This document shows, one piece after another, positions 1-9,809 of a stretch of DNA of 31,163 nt. The notes under the pieces were generated by a model that was not told the DNA's origin, did not search any database, and saw only the letters and a program-made list of their open reading frames with translations. The position numbers were made by a program, and so were the translations under genes. Where the stretch lies: positions 1 through 31,163 of the IMG/VR virus record IMGVR_UViG_3300037276_000071. One strand, given 5' to 3'. The DNA comes from a virus. Taxonomy: Duplodnaviria; Caudoviricetes. Numbering within the stretch: the first letter of the stretch is position 1; the number at the start of each line of letters is the position of its first letter.

Positions 1-1220
1 ACAAACATTACACTACGTGTGATGTTATTTCCTGAACCATCTTTTAGTTGGATCGTAATAGTTGCTGTATTCGTTGCGCCTGGGGCAATTGTAATGACAG
101 AACTACCTGGATCAACCATAGCCGCTAGTGTTGCACCCGTATAAATTAGATTTAATTCAGCGGATAACGCAACAACGGTTCCTTCTGTTAAAGATACATC
201 ACCTGATGCTATGGTTAAACCATAAGGCAAGTTAGCGCCCTCTGTTGATTGTTCCTTAATGTTGCCTGATGTATCTGAAAACACGGCCAAATCATTAGCA
301 ACTGAAGGCGAACCAGAAAATGTAACTGATTCTCCAACAAGTGCTAAGGTGCCTGTTGCATCGGGCCATGTGATTGTTTGTGCGACATTAGTATCAGCAA
401 AGACCATATTTGTAATATGCCGAGAACTAGTACCTGTTGCAAAAATAAGAGAAGCGCCAGAAGATGGAACACCGGTTGAGAAATACATAGATTCAACGCC
501 GCTTGATTCAAGCTGCAATGCCACATTTGGACTAGTACCAGCCGTTCCAATTGTCACAACTTCACCCGCTGAATTGCTCATTGTTAAGTAATTAACGGCA
601 TCTGTTACGGCAATAAGATTTAATATCTCATTGTTATTTGAATCATAAATCGTATTAATTGATGGTGAAACAATTGATGGGCCTTCTTGTTTAACAGCTG
701 AACCACTGCCTGTTACTGTCAACGCAGATAATGTAGTTCCGTTTGATTCATAATAAGCAATTTCACCTGCACCACCTGCATTAATTGTACCGCTTCCACT
801 AGCTACTGAAGATATAAAATTAATAGGATCTAATCCTATGAATTCTGGCAATGGCTCTACTAATGTAAATAAAGAGCCTGCGCCTGAAAGCCCAGCAGAG
901 ATTGCTAAATATTGACCAGCCTTCATTTGCTCTAATGATTGTTGATCTGCGGCGCGTTGTAAAACAACAGTTGTATCAATACTATATACAATATAAATGC
1001 CTTGTTCATAAGCTGTAGTTTGCAATTGAAGCAATAATCTATCGCCCACATTCACTTCAACACTGTCAACAGTTAAAGAAGTATCAGCAATAGTTAATGT
1101 GGCGCCTACGCCATTATTAGAAGGACCATTGTAATATTGACCCACAATATTTGATGTTGAAACTAGACGAGCAGGAGTTAACCAAGGTGAGAATACAGTT
1201 TGTGATAATGTAGATGTCAT
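1..1220 (-). CDS. Tail fibre/tail protein, partial (runs off the left edge; absent from the ORF track)
   Basis: ATG at 1220 preceded by AAAGGA; frame open to base 1 (MTSTLSQTVFSPWLTPARLVS...). N-terminal 'VGDRLLLQLQTTAYEQGIYIV...LQRAAD' motif typical of phage tail proteins; contains a module paralogous to the repeats in 29120..30730. Confidence 0.85.
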   Translation of the reverse strand, partial: MTSTLSQTVFSPWLTPARLVSTSNIVGQYYNGPSNNGVGATLTIADTSLTVDSVEVNVGDRLLLQLQTTAYEQGIYIVYSIDTTVVLQRAADQQSLEQMKAGQYLAISAGLSGAGSLFTLVEPLPEFIGLDPINFISSVASGSGTINAGGAGEIAYYESNGTTLSALTVTGSGSAVKQEGPSIVSPSINTIYDSNNNEILNLIAVTDAVNYLTMSNSAGEVVTIGTAGTSPNVALQLESSGVESMYFSTGVPSSGASLIFATGTSSRHITNMVFADTNVAQTITWPDATGTLALVGESVTFSGSPSVANDLAVFSDTSGNIKEQSTEGANLPYGLTIASGDVSLTEGTVVALSAELNLIYTGATLAAMVDPGSSVITIAPGATNTATITIQLKDGSGNNITRSVMF

Positions 1221-1264
1221 TTTTAAAGTCCTTTTAATTGATTAATTTATTATCCCTAAAACAA

Positions 1265-1567
1265 CTAGCTTCCCCATACCAGATTAGTAGCCGTAGTACC
1301 TGATGAATTCACTTTTATAGAGAATACGGGGTGCCATGCGCCAGCTGCCAATCCAACAAGAGTCTGATTTGTTCCATCCCATTTCATATATGAAACATTA
1401 CCTGTTGCACCTACATAAAGCCAGCGTGCGAACTCTACAGAGCCATTATATCCATAGAAGCTATCTAGAGACACGTCGCCTGTTCTAGCAACACCAGCCA
1501 TCACACGCGTAGGCCCTGTATAGGAGTTCGGATCTAATGCGGGAACATTTACTAACTGAACAGCCAT
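1265..1567 (-). CDS. Small virion-associated hypothetical protein (100 aa)
   Basis: AAGGAG RBS; beta-rich sequence; lies between two tail genes. Confidence 0.75.
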   Translation of the reverse strand: MAVQLVNVPALDPNSYTGPTRVMAGVARTGDVSLDSFYGYNGSVEFARWLYVGATGNVSYMKWDGTNQTLVGLAAGAWHPVFSIKVNSSGTTATNLVWGS

Positions 1568-1582
1568 TGTTTAGGCTCCTTT

Positions 1583-3184
1583 TTAAAGTTTTATGAATAC
1601 ATTGAAGAAACTTGTTGGCTGCAAAAGACTAAACGAAGAACCTGATCCAGCGGGCGATGTTGCACTAACTACAGTAAAGTTAGTTCCAGTTCCTCCACCC
1701 GTTGTTGTTGTACTTCCAACTTGAAAAAATCCGCCCGTAGTCGCTGTGTGTGAATGCTCTATCAGTGCTGTAGATGTTGCCGCACCTTCATATTCACCTA
1801 GTACATAAGTCGGCAATCCTTGACCGGCTCCGGCTCCAGCCAAAGCGCGTCCAAGCGACCTAGGCAATGTGAGTGGTTTTAGAGCAAGAAAATCTGTTAC
1901 AGCAGCAGCCATTGTATTTCCAGGTGCAGTACGTCCACCTATTACGGGTGCCCATGCATCCACAACTGAACAATAGATAGTAGAATACAATTGGAACGCA
2001 TAATCAGCAGCAACTAATGTAGCGGAGGAATCTATATTCCCAATTGTCCCATCATTCATTGGAACCCATCCCATGGGCGCATTCGTTAATAAGCTTGTCT
2101 TGATATCCCCTGTTCTTGGAGTTAAATCAATTGAATCAATTTGATCATAACTGTCAAATTCAAGATTATTATCAATGGCGCCTAAAAATAAACAAGGCTT
2201 AGTAAATAATACATCACAAGGCTCGCCCAGAGGCATTTCTATTTGAAGATAAACGGCATCATCATTTGTTTGTAAACCGGGCGTTCCTATTGAATTTCCT
2301 GAAACGTTGGGAACGACAAACTGTATAGTGAAAGGAGTCCATGTAGTCGATAAAGTGCATGATCCAATGAGCGTCCTAGTATCAGGAGTTGCGGCGACTC
2401 CTGATCCATAATATTGCCTCAAATAGATATTTAATGTCACGGGTGTTGTTGTAACAGCGGCCCATAATGTAAATGTCATAGCCTGATTTGATAAGTTTTT
2501 AACCTTTTGCGTTATAGGAAATTGGAAATTTTTATAAGTCTCACCGGTTGGCGTATTAGTGCATTGATATCGAATATAATCGACTGGGGTCACATCTCCA
2601 ACTAATGGAGCACTGGACAATGGAAATAATGGGAATGATATTTGATCTGTGGCGCTGGTGTTATTTTTAATGAACCGTATATCTGGCCCCACTACTCCAT
2701 ACGTCGCAACAAGTGGGTTAACATCTGCTGGTGTAAATCCGTGGTGATTTGATGGTGCAATTACAAGATTAGTTAACGCAATAGGGCTAGCTGTTGGCGC
2801 TATATGATTAATAACCTGATTATTCGTTATATAATTTTGTATTGGGATATAGGTTGTAACATCTCCGCCACCACCTGTCCCATTCGGGAAATAGTTATCT
2901 ATTGTCCATAATAAATTATTATCAGAATCATAGGCTTCAAGATAATAAGTATCATTTAAATTCGTGCTATCAACTTCCCAATAAAATGGACCCTGAACAC
3001 CATTTAAATCAAATAAAATAGGATTTGTCCATGGCTCGGTTCCACCTGGATCTTGAAATACAGGCTTTGGCTGAATCTTATTTAAGGAACGATAAGTATA
3101 GAGTTGAGCGCCACCAGCAGCAGTTCCCTCATTGTTCAAAATCACCCATTTTGGGATAGGTGCCAATAAATACGCTAGTGTCAT
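1583..3184 (-). CDS. Tail fibre/spike: N-terminal head-binding-like domain, central jelly-roll-like region, C-terminal tail-collar domain
   Basis: N-terminal 'LYTY...PVFQDPGGTEPWTNPILFDLNG' resembles particle-attachment domains; C-terminal 'TGDIK...APMGWVPMNDG...LPRSLGRALAGAG...HSH...QPTSFFNVFIKL' matches the phage collar pattern. Start set at ATG 3184 from SD spacing. Confidence 0.8.
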   Translation of the reverse strand: MTLAYLLAPIPKWVILNNEGTAAGGAQLYTYRSLNKIQPKPVFQDPGGTEPWTNPILFDLNGVQGPFYWEVDSTNLNDTYYLEAYDSDNNLLWTIDNYFPNGTGGGGDVTTYIPIQNYITNNQVINHIAPTASPIALTNLVIAPSNHHGFTPADVNPLVATYGVVGPDIRFIKNNTSATDQISFPLFPLSSAPLVGDVTPVDYIRYQCTNTPTGETYKNFQFPITQKVKNLSNQAMTFTLWAAVTTTPVTLNIYLRQYYGSGVAATPDTRTLIGSCTLSTTWTPFTIQFVVPNVSGNSIGTPGLQTNDDAVYLQIEMPLGEPCDVLFTKPCLFLGAIDNNLEFDSYDQIDSIDLTPRTGDIKTSLLTNAPMGWVPMNDGTIGNIDSSATLVAADYAFQLYSTIYCSVVDAWAPVIGGRTAPGNTMAAAVTDFLALKPLTLPRSLGRALAGAGAGQGLPTYVLGEYEGAATSTALIEHSHTATTGGFFQVGSTTTTGGGTGTNFTVVSATSPAGSGSSFSLLQPTSFFNVFIKL

Positions 3185-3244
3185 AATCACAATCCTTGTG
3201 AGGTTTTACCTATTGTATATCATTCTAGATAATAAAAATAATGC

Positions 3245-3274
3245 TTGCTTTTTATACTATCTATGCTCTATAAT
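3245..3274 (+). promoter_or_regulatory. Sigma70-type promoter for the 39-aa gene at 3300
   Basis: TTGCTT (3245-3250), 18-bp spacer, TATAAT (3269-3274). Confidence 0.65.
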
Positions 3275-3299
3275 TAAACAACCATAAAGGAGTTTAACC

Positions 3300-3419
3300 A
3301 TGTTTTCTTTACTATCGCTCATATGTACTTGTTATTGTGCTACACAAATCGTGTCAATTATAATGGATCGCATTGAACGTAAACGCAAAGCAGATCCATT
3401 TTATGGTATGCATCTTTAA
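3300..3419 (+). CDS. 39-aa predicted membrane peptide, opposite strand to the late operon (moron-like)
   Basis: AAGGAG RBS; MFSLLSLICTCYCATQIVSIIMDRIERKRKADPFYGMHL; hydrophobic N-half then basic patch; stop abuts the stop of 3420..4445. Confidence 0.7.
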   Translation: MFSLLSLICTCYCATQIVSIIMDRIERKRKADPFYGMHL

Positions 3420-4445
3420 TTATTGTGCGTGCCATAAATTTTTAATTAAATCAGTCAATGGATTCCTAGGCAAAGCATAAGCAGCAGCAGCTCCTCCTAA
3501 AATCCTAGGATACTTCTTGAATTCACTATATCGCCTAAAATCATTTTGTCCTTCGCGTAATAATTTTGAAATATCATGATGACCTTCTTTTTGTAAGTTC
3601 TCATGAATTGCCTCTAGCAATTTATTTCTTGATTGCATCCCGGCTATACCTTTCAAATGTGTTTCAGGAGCAAAAAGAGATCTTATTTTTCCTGTTCTTG
3701 CAGAAGAAATTTTCCCAACATCAGATTGCAGCTTAAATAATTTATCATATGCATTATGAGATTCATTTATTAAATTTCTTTCGGCTAAATTATTAGGCAA
3801 ATATTGGCGAGCATCTTCAATTAACTCAGGATTGATATCTAATAAATTATTTAAATTATTTCCTTCTTTTTCAGCTAAATCACTAAATTTTTTTTGAGCT
3901 GCTCTTAATTTTTTTGTTGCACCACGCTTTGTTAAATGAGGTATAGACTTTAAAAGGGCATTCCCACCTAATAATAAATCACCATTTCGGCCTATTCCCC
4001 TCAACAATGCATCACCTGGATTTTTTGGCTGACCTATATAATTCTCAATTTCTTCATCTAAACTTGGAGCCATGGGCACATTATTAGCCCATTGCTGAGG
4101 AATTAAATGTAATCTATTTGCCCCATATTGAGCAATGTTATGAGGTGCATGATTAATTGATTGTCCTAATTCCAAAATACCAGCAAGTCCCTGTTTCCCT
4201 CTTTCAATAGGATGACGAATAGTATTCATAGGGTTGAGTAATCCCGGTATTTCTGTTTTAGCTTTATTCCAATATTCAGGAATGTTTTGTGCGCCGTTAT
4301 ATCCAGCACGTAGCAAATCCTCTGCAATCCGTGGTACAGCATAAGCAGCTGAAGCACCAAATGATTCCTGAGACTCAGGCTCTTGCAGCCAATCGCGAGG
4401 CGCTGCTTTATTAATATTAGGAGTAGCAAGCCAATCTCTAGCCAT
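3420..4445 (-). CDS. Putative DNA ejection/internal virion protein (P22 gp16 position)
   Basis: Last of three helical, Ala/Gly-rich ORFs after the gp10-like gene; TAATG coupling with the upstream gene; assigned by synteny. Confidence 0.6.
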   Translation of the reverse strand: MARDWLATPNINKAAPRDWLQEPESQESFGASAAYAVPRIAEDLLRAGYNGAQNIPEYWNKAKTEIPGLLNPMNTIRHPIERGKQGLAGILELGQSINHAPHNIAQYGANRLHLIPQQWANNVPMAPSLDEEIENYIGQPKNPGDALLRGIGRNGDLLLGGNALLKSIPHLTKRGATKKLRAAQKKFSDLAEKEGNNLNNLLDINPELIEDARQYLPNNLAERNLINESHNAYDKLFKLQSDVGKISSARTGKIRSLFAPETHLKGIAGMQSRNKLLEAIHENLQKEGHHDISKLLREGQNDFRRYSEFKKYPRILGGAAAAYALPRNPLTDLIKNLWHAQ

Positions 4446-5803
4446 TACATGTGCCCCGCTGCCTTAAGTCTTTTTTCAAGTTCAGATCTGGATATTTTAT
4501 ATTTATCCATCATGTGCTTTATGTCTTCTTCTGTGATTTTACTTTGCAACAATCTATCTGTTTCACGTTCAATAGCACTTACATCAACCATTTTGTTAGC
4601 TTGCTTTACAGCATCCGATTCATTCATTCCTTGCTGCAACAAATCAGAAATGATTTCATTTTTCTTTTCAGCTATATCATGTAGTGCAATAGATGCATTC
4701 ACTTTACCTTCTGCAACCGGTATGGTGTCATCTCGATTAACCTTCTGCCGTTGAAGCAAATCAAATTCACGCACTAAAGGCTTGCCGCCAAATGCTTGAA
4801 CACCTGATGCAATGATTTGTTCACTGGTTGCGATTAAGTTACCGATCTTTTTTTGTTCTTCTTTTGTGCCCATTTTCTCTAAATAACTTAATTGCTTATC
4901 TTGAAAAAATGGAATTCTTGATCTCATGTTTTCAACTACGGGATCTTTAATTATATCAGCCATTCTATGTAAGGCGGCCCCAGAATTGCTTAATGCCAGC
5001 TGACTCTTACCTATGTCATTAAGTGCTTGGGCTCTATACTTACCAGCCTCTTCACCTTGCTTAACCGTCCCTTTGAATTTCCCTATGTTTTCTTCATAAG
5101 TAGGTTGATTTGTTCTAATTGTCCTTTCTGGATTCTCTGGATTATCAGACCAATCTAGTAATGAATTTTCGATCATTTTTTGAGTTTCATCTTGATTTTG
5201 TTCATTCTGATTAGGTGGCTTATAACCTTTACGCCCAACAAATGGATTCCCTGACGTAATAATTCCTGGTCCTTCGTATGATACGTTTGGATTAGAACTA
5301 TTATCATATGAACTTGGAGCTGCATTCATGGCATTCACATTATTTTGTTCTGAGTTATTTGGACTTTGTGAAAATGCATTTTTAAGTTTGTTTGTAATCC
5401 ATCCTGATAAAGAATTAGTGGATGGTTGCCCAATTCCAGAATATGACGGCATATCATCATTAGATGAACTCGCCACATTATTAATCATAGCATTTCCTGA
5501 TCCACCACCAGTACCAGCCTTATAAATCATATTCAAAGCATTGTTTTTTTGATCTTCGCTGAGATTTGCAAGAGCAGAATCATTTCCCATTATTTTTGCT
5601 AAAAATTGAGGTCCCATTAAATTTGCATAAGCTAATTTTGATGCGGCCTCTGCTTGAGCAGTCACGGGAGCATACTGGGCTTTAATTTCGTTTATTTTTC
5701 GCAATATCATATCATTATGTAATGAATTGATACCGCCCATAGCAGTAACTAGTGGTCCACCGGGTCCAACATCAGCTACAACACGTGGTAAGGGTAATGC
5801 CAT
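4445..5803 (-). CDS. Putative DNA ejection protein (P22 gp20 position)
   Basis: 452 aa with N/Q/S-rich linker and helical C-half; synteny. Confidence 0.6.
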   Translation of the reverse strand: MALPLPRVVADVGPGGPLVTAMGGINSLHNDMILRKINEIKAQYAPVTAQAEAASKLAYANLMGPQFLAKIMGNDSALANLSEDQKNNALNMIYKAGTGGGSGNAMINNVASSSNDDMPSYSGIGQPSTNSLSGWITNKLKNAFSQSPNNSEQNNVNAMNAAPSSYDNSSNPNVSYEGPGIITSGNPFVGRKGYKPPNQNEQNQDETQKMIENSLLDWSDNPENPERTIRTNQPTYEENIGKFKGTVKQGEEAGKYRAQALNDIGKSQLALSNSGAALHRMADIIKDPVVENMRSRIPFFQDKQLSYLEKMGTKEEQKKIGNLIATSEQIIASGVQAFGGKPLVREFDLLQRQKVNRDDTIPVAEGKVNASIALHDIAEKKNEIISDLLQQGMNESDAVKQANKMVDVSAIERETDRLLQSKITEEDIKHMMDKYKISRSELEKRLKAAGHM

Positions 5804-5812
5804 GATTAATCC

Positions 5813-6394
5813 TTATAAAAAACTTCCAAAAATGCCAAGCCCGCCGCCTACTGTATTCCAGAAGTCTTGTTGTTTTCCTGCTTGACCACCATACGCAGCT
5901 TCACCTTGATTATTGTATATATTACCTAATGAGTTTGCGGCGTTTTGTCCGCCATTTATTAAATTCTGTTGGCCTTGACCATATTGCGTATTAATCCCTA
6001 ATACATTTTGTAACCATTGATTTTGGTCTTGTGAGGAAATATTACCGGCATTTTGTTGTAACTGCTGCATTAATGGGGTGCTTCCTGATAATCCACTAGC
6101 AGACGCCGCATTCTGTCCTGCACGTAATGATTGTTTTTGTTGATATTGTGCATAAGGACTTTCGTTATAATCGCCCATCAAGCCATTAATAAATTCAGTT
6201 GGATTTTTTTGACTATTAAGCCACTCCTGATAATTATTAAGGCCTTGAGCACCAGCCTGAGTATAAGGTTGTTGCTGTTGAGCGGCTTTTTCTGCCCATT
6301 GTTGGTATGCATCATATGGCTTGCCTGAATTACCAAACAGACCTCCAAACAATCCTCCAAGCCCACTAGAAAACATTCCTGAATTAAAACTCAT
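5813..6394 (-). CDS. DNA transfer/ejection protein, P22 gp7-like
   Basis: Gly-rich hydrophobic termini, Q/G/A-rich core, 'QQPYTQAGAQGL...SPYAQYQ...AASASGLSGS' pattern typical of gp7-like pilot proteins. Confidence 0.75.
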   Translation of the reverse strand: MSFNSGMFSSGLGGLFGGLFGNSGKPYDAYQQWAEKAAQQQQPYTQAGAQGLNNYQEWLNSQKNPTEFINGLMGDYNESPYAQYQQKQSLRAGQNAASASGLSGSTPLMQQLQQNAGNISSQDQNQWLQNVLGINTQYGQGQQNLINGGQNAANSLGNIYNNQGEAAYGGQAGKQQDFWNTVGGGLGIFGSFL

Positions 6395-6428
6395 CTTCAC
6401 ATTCCTTGTGATAGTGCATTATGTAATT

Positions 6429-6728
6429 TTATACAATTACAGTCCATTGTCCAACACCAGAAACCACCTGCCAAATTCTTAATTGTGCGGTTCTAGGTGA
6501 TGCCGGTGTATTTGCATTGCTAACATAAACCATCTGTCCTTCTTGTGGGTTATTAATAGTATTCAATTGAGCGACTGTTAAACTAGGTATGAACGTGCCA
6601 GTAGATGATAAATATTCTCTTAATGATTCAACAAATGTAGCCATAAAATTGGACCATACACTACTTAAGTACACCTGGTCCCTAATAACAGGGTCATAAG
6701 TTGGAAAATTATCAAAATCTCTAGCCAT
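6429..6728 (-). CDS. Small tail-associated protein
   Basis: Start reassigned to MARDFD at 6728 (GGAG upstream); 'PQEGQMVYVS' beta motif common in phage tail proteins; follows the gp10-like gene. Confidence 0.7.
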   Translation of the reverse strand: MARDFDNFPTYDPVIRDQVYLSSVWSNFMATFVESLREYLSSTGTFIPSLTVAQLNTINNPQEGQMVYVSNANTPASPRTAQLRIWQVVSGVGQWTVIV

Positions 6729-6732
6729 CCAT

Positions 6733-8586
6733 TTACTCCGGTAATATATCAAAATCCCAGGCAGCACCTAGAATAATAAAATATATTTCGTTAAAGAATT
6801 CTATTTTAGGAACAAATCCTTGTCCTCTGGGAGTAGTGCCTAACTTACGCCAAACGGTCCTATGAGTCCTTTCGCCAATCTTACCCATAGTTGCTTGTAA
6901 GTAATTACCGTAAGTTTGTCCACCATCTTTTGATATAGTTAAGAATATAACAGGATTTCCACCGCCGCTCACAAGCTGTTCTTCAATAATGATATTATGA
7001 TTAGATTCAGTCAATAAATCATTATTATCTTCAGTAGTTAGGTCAATCTCATTGAATTGCTCAATGTCTTCTTGGCCTTGCAACACATCAATCTGGAATC
7101 TATCAATTCTCAAACGATTATAGCCTTCAGGCGTAATCTGCCTACCGATTCGCATGCGTCTAATTGTCTCACCATTGTTAGTCGGCGTTTGTGGATCAAC
7201 AATGTAAAACAATGGATTAGCATAATCACCGTAATAGTTTACACCATCGAAGTATGCATGAGTTTGCGCCGGATGCCTATTGCCATTCAATACTTCTTCT
7301 TCATGCCATTTGGGTGACTCAACGGTGCTCATCGATACATTTAAAACAAAGGTATGATTAGCTAGAGTAAAGTTTAATCGGTAAAAAATAATACCGTTTT
7401 CCTTCACAAGAATTCCTCTTGCATCAGCAACACCTGTTAATGGATTTGCGGCATATTGACCTAACTGATAATCAAGCGCCCTATTGCTTACAGGAACCGC
7501 CTCAGTTCCCCGCACTTCCATTACGCCTGCCAAGCCATCTTTATCTTGGGCTAAGAAGAATAATCGATCGAACCCAACCACTACACTACCTAATGCCGGT
7601 GTTCCTACCTCCATGAGCAATGAATTATTGCGCCTGAAAGGCAAATTAGTTCCAGCTCCTGCATTCTCCCACACTTCCGTATAGTTCTGTGAAAACAAAA
7701 ATATACGCCTATGAAGCGTTTGACACGCGACAATTGTGCCAGGGTGCGATGTCATACTGCCTAATTGAATCTCACCTGTAACCGTCACTGTATTGACGGG
7801 AGTTCCCGCATCAGTAATATCGATAGCAATACCCATGATTGCATTATCATAGCTAGATGCTAGTTTAATTTGAGCAGGATTAGTGCTAGGAGACGTAATT
7901 AATATGGAATAATAAACAGTATCTAATTCAAAAGGTGCTGGTAAAGTCCCTGTTGTTGTCAAAGTAACCGGAACCCCTGTTGCAAAATTAGCGCCACTAG
8001 TATCTAAAGTAATGATATCAGTAGTCGCGTCTGCTGTGTAAGATGACGTGCCGCCACTCCATACCATTCCTTGATTGAATTCACATAATTGAAAATTGTT
8101 AGTGTCCCCATTCGCAACTAAAAAGAAACCATCTAAATAACATACGTCTATCGGTGTCGAGGGGAATCCCGTATCAGTGATTTGTTTAAAAGTATTCGCA
8201 TTGATATCCCAAATGTATCCAGAATTCCCTGCATCATCAATAAAAATTACTTGATAGGTATTTGCATCGATTGCAATATAGCCTTCAGTTGTAGTTAATG
8301 TGCCTATCAATGAGGTGACTAATGCCCCTGTTGTTCCAGTTGTTCTGAATACAGATGCACCATATACGTTGTATATTGCATTATTAAAAACAAAAGTGGC
8401 ACGCGCTCCACCTGTTTCGGTGCCTAAGATCAATTCACAATCGATTAAACCACTTGTGGGTAACAATACTTTAGGGCGTTTGCCATTCTCATCCATGTAC
8501 TCAAACATATTGACAGTGCGCTCAGCATTAATAGTGCTCACACGTTGATTATCATAGCTTCCGACTAAGTCGTAGTCTTTACGCAT
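6733..8586 (-). CDS. Tail hub/nozzle, packaged DNA stabilization protein, P22 gp10-like
   Basis: Beta-propeller-like motifs 'YLDGFFLV', 'TEVWENAG...PFRR' and C-terminal 'SKDGGQTYG...MGKIGE...VWRKLG'. Confidence 0.85.
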   Translation of the reverse strand: MRKDYDLVGSYDNQRVSTINAERTVNMFEYMDENGKRPKVLLPTSGLIDCELILGTETGGARATFVFNNAIYNVYGASVFRTTGTTGALVTSLIGTLTTTEGYIAIDANTYQVIFIDDAGNSGYIWDINANTFKQITDTGFPSTPIDVCYLDGFFLVANGDTNNFQLCEFNQGMVWSGGTSSYTADATTDIITLDTSGANFATGVPVTLTTTGTLPAPFELDTVYYSILITSPSTNPAQIKLASSYDNAIMGIAIDITDAGTPVNTVTVTGEIQLGSMTSHPGTIVACQTLHRRIFLFSQNYTEVWENAGAGTNLPFRRNNSLLMEVGTPALGSVVVGFDRLFFLAQDKDGLAGVMEVRGTEAVPVSNRALDYQLGQYAANPLTGVADARGILVKENGIIFYRLNFTLANHTFVLNVSMSTVESPKWHEEEVLNGNRHPAQTHAYFDGVNYYGDYANPLFYIVDPQTPTNNGETIRRMRIGRQITPEGYNRLRIDRFQIDVLQGQEDIEQFNEIDLTTEDNNDLLTESNHNIIIEEQLVSGGGNPVIFLTISKDGGQTYGNYLQATMGKIGERTHRTVWRKLGTTPRGQGFVPKIEFFNEIYFIILGAAWDFDILPE

Positions 8587-8587
8587 A

Positions 8588-9322
8588 CTAATACGCCAAA
8601 ATATTTTGCCAATAGAACGGTTCGGCTCGACTTAGTATTGCAGACGGTCTAACTGTAATATCAGTTTCATTAGCATTTTTAATTGTTTCAAAATAATCCT
8701 TGTATTCTTGTTCAGATGTATCAGGCCAATTTCCTGAAGGATAATAGGATAAAAATTTTCTAGCCAGACAATACTTTAAAAATCCGTAATAAAATGGTGG
8801 TAATTCTTGAAGTGTATCATTGGCACTTAAACTGTTGATCATACTTTTAACCCCTAACAAACAGGGATAAGGTTGATCGGGTGCGGGATAAACCGTTATA
8901 AAACTTTCTACATCTTGTTTATCAAGAAAAATAAATCCTGGTCGTGTATTTAATGGCAGTATTCGTGTTACGCCATAATATTGAGCCTTGTTAATGATTT
9001 GTAATGGATAAATAATGCCTTGGCCAGCACTAGGAACCGTATAATTAGCATATGATAAGTCTACAATCCGATTGCCTACTACATCAGACGGTACAATATC
9101 TGAAATAGAATACGTAGGCTGCGTTTCTATAAAATTAAAATTCAATTCAGTTATATAAGGAATATAAATACTATCAGCGGCGAATTTCGTTAGTAATTCA
9201 TTAAGTAACTCAACGCCTGATGACAACATAAAACTATCAGGAGTTTCGCCCTCACCTAACTCACCCAACAAATAAAGTGAATTAACGATTAACTGATTAA
9301 CTGTCTTCGTTACTTGTGGCAT
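8588..9322 (-). CDS. Head-to-tail adaptor, P22 gp4-like
   Basis: 'TVNQLIVNSLYLLGELGEGETP...LNELL' N-terminus and 'LPPFYYGFLKYCLA' C-terminus; position between coat and gp10-like genes. Confidence 0.8.
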   Translation of the reverse strand: MPQVTKTVNQLIVNSLYLLGELGEGETPDSFMLSSGVELLNELLTKFAADSIYIPYITELNFNFIETQPTYSISDIVPSDVVGNRIVDLSYANYTVPSAGQGIIYPLQIINKAQYYGVTRILPLNTRPGFIFLDKQDVESFITVYPAPDQPYPCLLGVKSMINSLSANDTLQELPPFYYGFLKYCLARKFLSYYPSGNWPDTSEQEYKDYFETIKNANETDITVRPSAILSRAEPFYWQNILAY

Positions 9323-9349
9323 GAGCCATCCCTCATATTTAATAAGTAC

Positions 9350-9383
9350 AAGAAAATCGACACGTCAGCCTCAACATGTCGAT
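9350..9383 (-). terminator. Intrinsic terminator after the capsid gene cluster
   Basis: Minus strand ATCGACATGTT-gaggct-GACGTGTCGAT followed by TTTCTT. Confidence 0.65.
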
Positions 9384-9395
9384 AATTTCGACTCA

Positions 9396-9599
9396 TTATT
9401 TCAAAGGGAATGCATCTTCAAGACCTTTACATAACTTGCGTCCAAAATCTTGTGCATTCGCGCCATCATTGCTCATATACGCGTTAAACTCTTCCATTTC
9501 TTTTTTCATGACAGGACGATTACCCATATGTCCTTTCATTCTCATTTGCTCTGCTTTTACAAACGCATTATTTGATTGAACCATTTTGTTGTCTTTCAT
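9396..9599 (-). CDS. Small hypothetical protein (MKDNKMVQSNN...)
   Basis: AAGGAG RBS upstream of ATG 9599; the longer ORF call overlaps its neighbour. Confidence 0.7.
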   Translation of the reverse strand: MKDNKMVQSNNAFVKAEQMRMKGHMGNRPVMKKEMEEFNAYMSNDGANAQDFGRKLCKGLEDAFPLK

Positions 9600-9603
9600 G
9601 TCA

Positions 9604-9798
9604 TTACTCCTTTGTTTTTTTCGTACAAGACTTTTCAGCCTTCCGAGAGTCCTTCTTAATCTCATCTTCTATCTTTACTCTATATTGCTTTGCCTTTGCC
9701 GGACAATCAAACCAGACGCCCTTTGCTAACAGTTGTTCCGCCTCTTCCTGCTCTACTACACGCATAGCATCAATCGGGTGAAAAATACAAGTCAGCAT
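9604..9798 (-). CDS. Small hypothetical protein (MLTCIFHP...GVWFDCP)
   Basis: AAGGA RBS overlapping the coat stop codon; typical small post-capsid gene. Confidence 0.7.
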   Translation of the reverse strand: MLTCIFHPIDAMRVVEQEEAEQLLAKGVWFDCPAKAKQYRVKIEDEIKKDSRKAEKSCTKKTKE

Positions 9799-9809
9799 CG
9801 GGCAATTCC

